A stretch of 64,000 bases of DNA, from positions 1,116,001 through 1,180,000 of the forward strand of contig CATNEN010000025.1 in NCBI GenBank assembly GCA_950097015.1, given 5' to 3'. How positions within the stretch are numbered: position 1 is the stretch's first letter; each line of letters begins with the position of its first letter. The notes under the pieces were generated by a model. The model was not told the origin of the DNA. It saw only the letters and a program-made list of their open reading frames with translations, and did not search any database. Shown here piece after piece: positions 60,401 through 64,000 of the stretch. The stretch comes from Macrostomum hystrix. Taxonomy: Eukaryota > Animalia > Platyhelminthes. Position numbers and translations under genes: made by a program.

Positions 60401-63385
60401 TATTTTCCTTATGTATACGCGTGTACATGCATACTGTATACAGAGGCAGATTTAGGGGGGGGCGGGGGGGCAGTCGCCCCCATAAATTTTAATCATGGGA
60501 ATAAGATGCCCCCACCAGGGGTGCCAGTCGCAGCACTGGCGCCCCTTTTCGGCCGCTGGCGCCCCTTTTTCAGCCGCTGGCTCCCGTTTTTCAGCCGCTG
60601 GCGCCCTTTCTTGGCTCCTGGCGCCCTTTTTCGGCCGCTGGCACCCACTCTGTGATTCTCATGGCGCTCCCCTGACAGACCGCCCGAAAACAAAATTCCT
60701 GGATCTGCCACTGACTGTATAGAGGAGTGGCTAAGAGACATGTTTCTAAAGAAGTAATCAAGAGGGGGCTGTTTGGACAAACTTTTCACTTATTTTTTAC
60801 TTAAAACGCCCTTAAACAAACTCTTCACTTTTCATTAATGCAGTAAATAAATAAATGGTGACCTTCACTATAAAGTTAATACAGAGACGTGAATTGCTTA
60901 CTGCTTTGCTTTAAATTTCTGCCCCAAAAACAACGGGCAAAAAAGCTAGTTAAAGGTATAGATATGCAAGCGTCTTTAAATGATTTTTTGCATATTTTAT
61001 CGAGTCTTTTTATTCAGAAATAATGCGAGTATTTCTGAGAAATCTTTGGTAGCAGATTAGAGTGTTTTTTCGACAATTATTTGATTATATGTTGATTAAC
61101 ATTTTAATATAGATTATTTCTGCCTATTTTTCAAGTTACAACTGAATCCTAATCAGCAATGTCCCAAATGCCAAGCGCACCTGTCACGCAGCAGTTCATC
61201 CTGGGACTGTCTGGCGAACAGGCCGGCACCGGCATCCTGACTGGCGCTGTCGCCAGCCGAACAGTCGCCATCTGGTGGAGCGCTTAAAAACAGGTGCAAA
61301 GCCAGGCCGGGCTTTAAGCGCAACCGATCGCCCTGACGATTCGGTTCTAGCCAGCCGGCGGAACCAGTGCGGCCAGGCGCTGTCACGTAGGCCGACACCT
61401 CCTGGGCTAGGCGAATTCGCAGGGCCCGTTTTGCGCAGGTGAACGCAGTGCCATCGATGACGCGCTCGCCGTAGGATTCGAAGATATGCTCAAGACAGTC
61501 GTCGCTGCAGCCGGATCCGGTGCCAAGGGCGACCAGCTCCACCTCTGAGGAATGGATTGAATAATTTGTGTATTACTTCGAAATACTACTGTCTGCTATT
61601 TCTCTACTGTATTATTTCTATAGGTCAGTAGGAGTCAGAGAAACAGAATTTCTATAGGGGGTGTCAGAGGAAGTGGATTTCTATAGGTAAGTAGGAGTCA
61701 GAGGAACTGGATTTCTATAGGTAAGTAGGAGTCAGAGGAACTGGATTTCTATAGGTAAGTAGGAGTCAGAGGAACTGGATTTCTACTGGGGGTGTCAGAG
61801 AAACTAAATTTCTATAGGGAGGTGTCAGAGAAACTAAATTTCTATTGGGGGTGTCAGAGAAACATACTTTTAAGAGGAAGGCATCGATAAAATGTATATT
61901 TCAAGTGGAGCTTAAGAGAAAAAATATCCTAGAATGAGACTTACTCGGCTCAGCAGAGCGGGAATCGGACAGGAAGATGGCCGCCACCTTATTGACTCGC
62001 ACAATATTCACTGGCGGTCCGAGTAGACAGTCCAGTTGATTCTGGCACAGTTGCGCGTACATATCGCCTGGCAGATTAAGAGACGGCGCGGTTGATCCCA
62101 GTGCAACAGAAGCCGCCGCCGCCGCCGCCGCAGGCGTCTGGGCTCGAGTCGGCGAGGCTGGCCTATTGCCTCTGGCGATGACATTTAAAGCTCGCTTAGC
62201 GGATTGCTCTTTGGCTTTCTGCTTGGATTGGGCTTCGCCAGACTCGTACTCGGTGGTGATACCGTCAATGGTTAGAGTGACATAATAGGCGAAGTTGCCG
62301 CCAACCTATAGGTGATTAAAAGCTTAATGATACTATGGGAACTTAAGGTCAAAAGACTAAGGGAACCCTGACAGCGAGAAAGGAAAGAGGAACAAAGGTA
62401 CTGCAGGAAGAAACGGGAACAGGTCCAAGTATGCAGGATAAAGAGGGGAACATGTGTCACGCTGAAAGGATAGGGAGGGGAACAGGTGTCAAACTGACAG
62501 GATATGAAGTTAAGCAGGTGTCAAACTAACAGGATAGGAAATAAAGCAGGTGTAGAACTGACAGGATAGGAAGGGGAACAGGTGTCAAACTGACAGGATA
62601 GGGAGGGGACCAGGCGTCGGACTGAGGGATTAGGACGAAAAAGGTGTCGATGTCGGACAGGTGTCCGGCTCAGCATGTGTCGGACTGAGGGGAGGGTAAA
62701 AGACTGATCAAGATAAGCGGTTTACATGCGAACCAAATAAACGAACCATAGGTGACGTGGGCACGTATTCGATAGTTCCGCGCATCTGAGAGCAGTACTC
62801 GTTAAGCATCTGATGAGCCAGTTTCTCCGATTTGCCATTTAGATAGGCACGCAGCATTTCTCTTGCCGTGTCGAGCTTTGGCACGTCGGCGAATCGCGGC
62901 ACACCGAAAGGGCGCCCAGCCTGGTCTAAGCTGGGTGCTAGGCGAACATTGCCCGAGCGCTCCGACTGGGTTCGATTGTCAACAAGTGGCACCTGACTGA
63001 TTGTTGAAGCAGCCACAGCAGCAGCAGATGTCACAGAGGACGAACGAGGAGCAATCTGGCAGTACTGCACAGCTGGCTTTTGGGTCTGGCTGCTTAGCAG
63101 CGGATAAGCTTGATTTTGAGATGCGGCAGCGCCGCCCAATGTTGGAAAGTCACTATCATCAGCCTGATAAGCGGGGGCTGGCACACTGGGCCCTAATAGA
63201 CCCAAGCTTTGCTTGCGGCTATCCAAAGAAATGTGGGCATTCATAGGAAGATTAAACACCTTTTTGACATGATTTTTAGATTTAAGATGCTCTTCATATT
63301 GTGGCCAGGCTGGCATCAGGCCTGACTTGCAAACTGGACACGTGTAGGGCGGACCCTCAGATTCCAACATATCCTGGGTTGGCAT
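57493..63385 (-). CDS. ADAD: ADAR/ADAD-family protein: C2H2 (matrin/U1-type) zinc finger + 1 dsRBD + predicted inactive adenosine-deaminase domain, ~744 aa
   Basis: Exons 63385-62747, 62305-61945, 61544-61181, 58890-58677, 58220-57922, 57850-57493; all GT-AG, phases 0,1,2,0,2; 2235 nt open. ZnF CPVC-x13-HLKSKNH; dsRBD HQMLNEYC...FAYYVTLTIDG...GEAQSKQKAKEQSAKRAL; deaminase landmarks VALGTG, KRALR, LHLFLSAPPDG, SDKLLRCNYLGLQGGLLANFIEPIFL, LSVNW, EVLN, SRLSK, YAKSK, GAWATK. Family call is solid; ADAD versus divergent ADAR orthology is inferred. Confidence 0.88.
58235..58400. repeat. ~51-bp tandem repeat (3+ copies) in ADAD-like intron 4
   Basis: GAGATGATTGGGTTAATGAGACTACCTCATCTGACAGGTTAGATAAGACAT starts at 58235, 58285, 58336 and 58387. 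Confidence 0.9.
59636..60288 (+). pseudogene. Helitron RepHel fragment: C-terminal PIF1-family helicase half
   Basis: WLSERAILCPRND, LKVGAPIMLLRNL..PRLCNGTRL, QFPVRVCFAMTINKAQGQSL, HGQLYVACSRV; no Rep domain or Walker A motif; preceded by acceptor TTTCTCTCCAG. Confidence 0.9.
60441..60713. mobile_element. hAT-type MITE nested in the Helitron
   Basis: CAGAGGCAGATTTAGGGGGG ... CCTGGATCTGCCACTG TIRs; perfect 8-bp TSD ACTGTATA at 60433-60440 and 60714-60721; internal GGCGCCCTTTT(T)CGGCCGCT repeats. Confidence 0.9.
61610..61865. repeat. ~34-bp minisatellite in ADAD-like intron 2
   Basis: Unit ATTTCTATAGGTAAGTAGGAGTCAGAGGAACTGG (starts at 61681 and 61715). Confidence 0.88.
62400..62700. repeat. 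32-bp degenerate minisatellite in ADAD-like intron 1
   Basis: CAGGTGTCAAACTGACAGGATAGG... starts at 62483, 62515, 62547 and 62579. Confidence 0.85.
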
Positions 63386-64000
63386 TCTGGCTATACAAAT
63401 ATTAAGTTAGTCAAGTATCACTTTCTTTCTGTAAAACTTGAATGTGACCTGAAATTTTTTAACAGGTTTGAGGTAGCACACAGAAACATTTTTTTATTTC
63501 TGTAAATAATTTCATACACTTAAGCTTTCAAATTAAAAAAGTTACAAAGTAGACAGTTTTAGACATAAAACTAACAACTAGCTGATATAAGAAGGATAAT
63601 TATATTTCATTTCAAGCTAGAATACAGTATACATGGGTGATTTCAGAAAAACATGACATTAAAAGCCTTAGAAAAAGACTGCAGAGAAAAAAGTGATAAG
63701 CCTTTTACAGAAATAATAACTTTTTGTACTTCTAAGATTTGAAAATAATTACATCATTGAATATAGTAGTTTGCAAGATTATCCCATTAAACCATCACGA
63801 GTCCATTTGCCAAAGCTGTAGCAATAAGCACAACTATGGCATGTTCCAAATGCAGTGTTTTAAATGTAGTGCAGCTATGCACAGCTATTAGTACTATGGC
63901 CAATGTTGGCCATTCTATGTACATGCCATAGTCCGGATCATGTCGTTTACGCCGGAGATCTCCGGCGTAAATCTGGTTTGGGATCGGAGGCTGGCGTAAG

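Larger units (their letters stand above)
59022..60949 (+). mobile_element. Non-autonomous (internally deleted) Helitron in ADAD-like intron 3
   Basis: 5' end A|TCTTCTATATATATAAAAG...TGTCTGTCTGT; 3' end degenerate GCCC...GGGC hairpin followed by CTAG|T (60946-60950); inserted between A and T with no TSD; carries a PIF1 helicase C-terminus. Confidence 0.88.

Noticed and set aside
5265-62700. CRISPR-like arrays (20-50-bp repeats)
   Set aside because: Units are head-to-tail with no unique spacers, there are no cas genes, and the context is eukaryotic.

Overview
Metazoan genomic DNA with spliceosomal introns; no prokaryotic features, CRISPR arrays or intact rRNA/tRNA genes. The style (GC-rich exons, a different minisatellite in most introns) resembles a free-living flatworm such as Macrostomum, but that is inference only. 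Six protein-coding genes were assembled by hand with consistent GT-AG introns and reading frames. On the + strand: Hikeshi (2 exons), pyruvate dehydrogenase E1-alpha (3), TXNDC17/TRP14 (2) and a single-minded bHLH-PAS gene (7 coding exons). On the - strand: a VAP/MSP-domain gene (2) and a 6-exon ADAR/ADAD-family gene that the ORF track shows only as fragments. That gene encodes a matrin-type C2H2 zinc finger, one dsRBD and a deaminase fold whose catalytic and Zn-ligand motifs (CHAE, PCG, SCSDK) are all altered, so it looks like a zinc-finger-bearing pseudo-editase; this is the most interesting item. About 24 kb (about 38%) of the window is minisatellite, in about 27 mostly unrelated arrays whose unit lengths cluster near multiples of a helical turn. 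Mobile elements include four MITEs with TSDs in the first 4.5 kb, a complete non-autonomous Helitron with a nested hAT MITE inside the ADAD-like gene, and two copies of a tRNA-derived SINE whose comparison shows strong CpG decay. Five genes have a 3' splice site 4-40 nt before the ATG, compatible with SL trans-splicing or operon-like organisation. Nearly all long repetitive ORFs in the track are repeat artefacts; one (LGKGVEDY x ~66) deserves a check.
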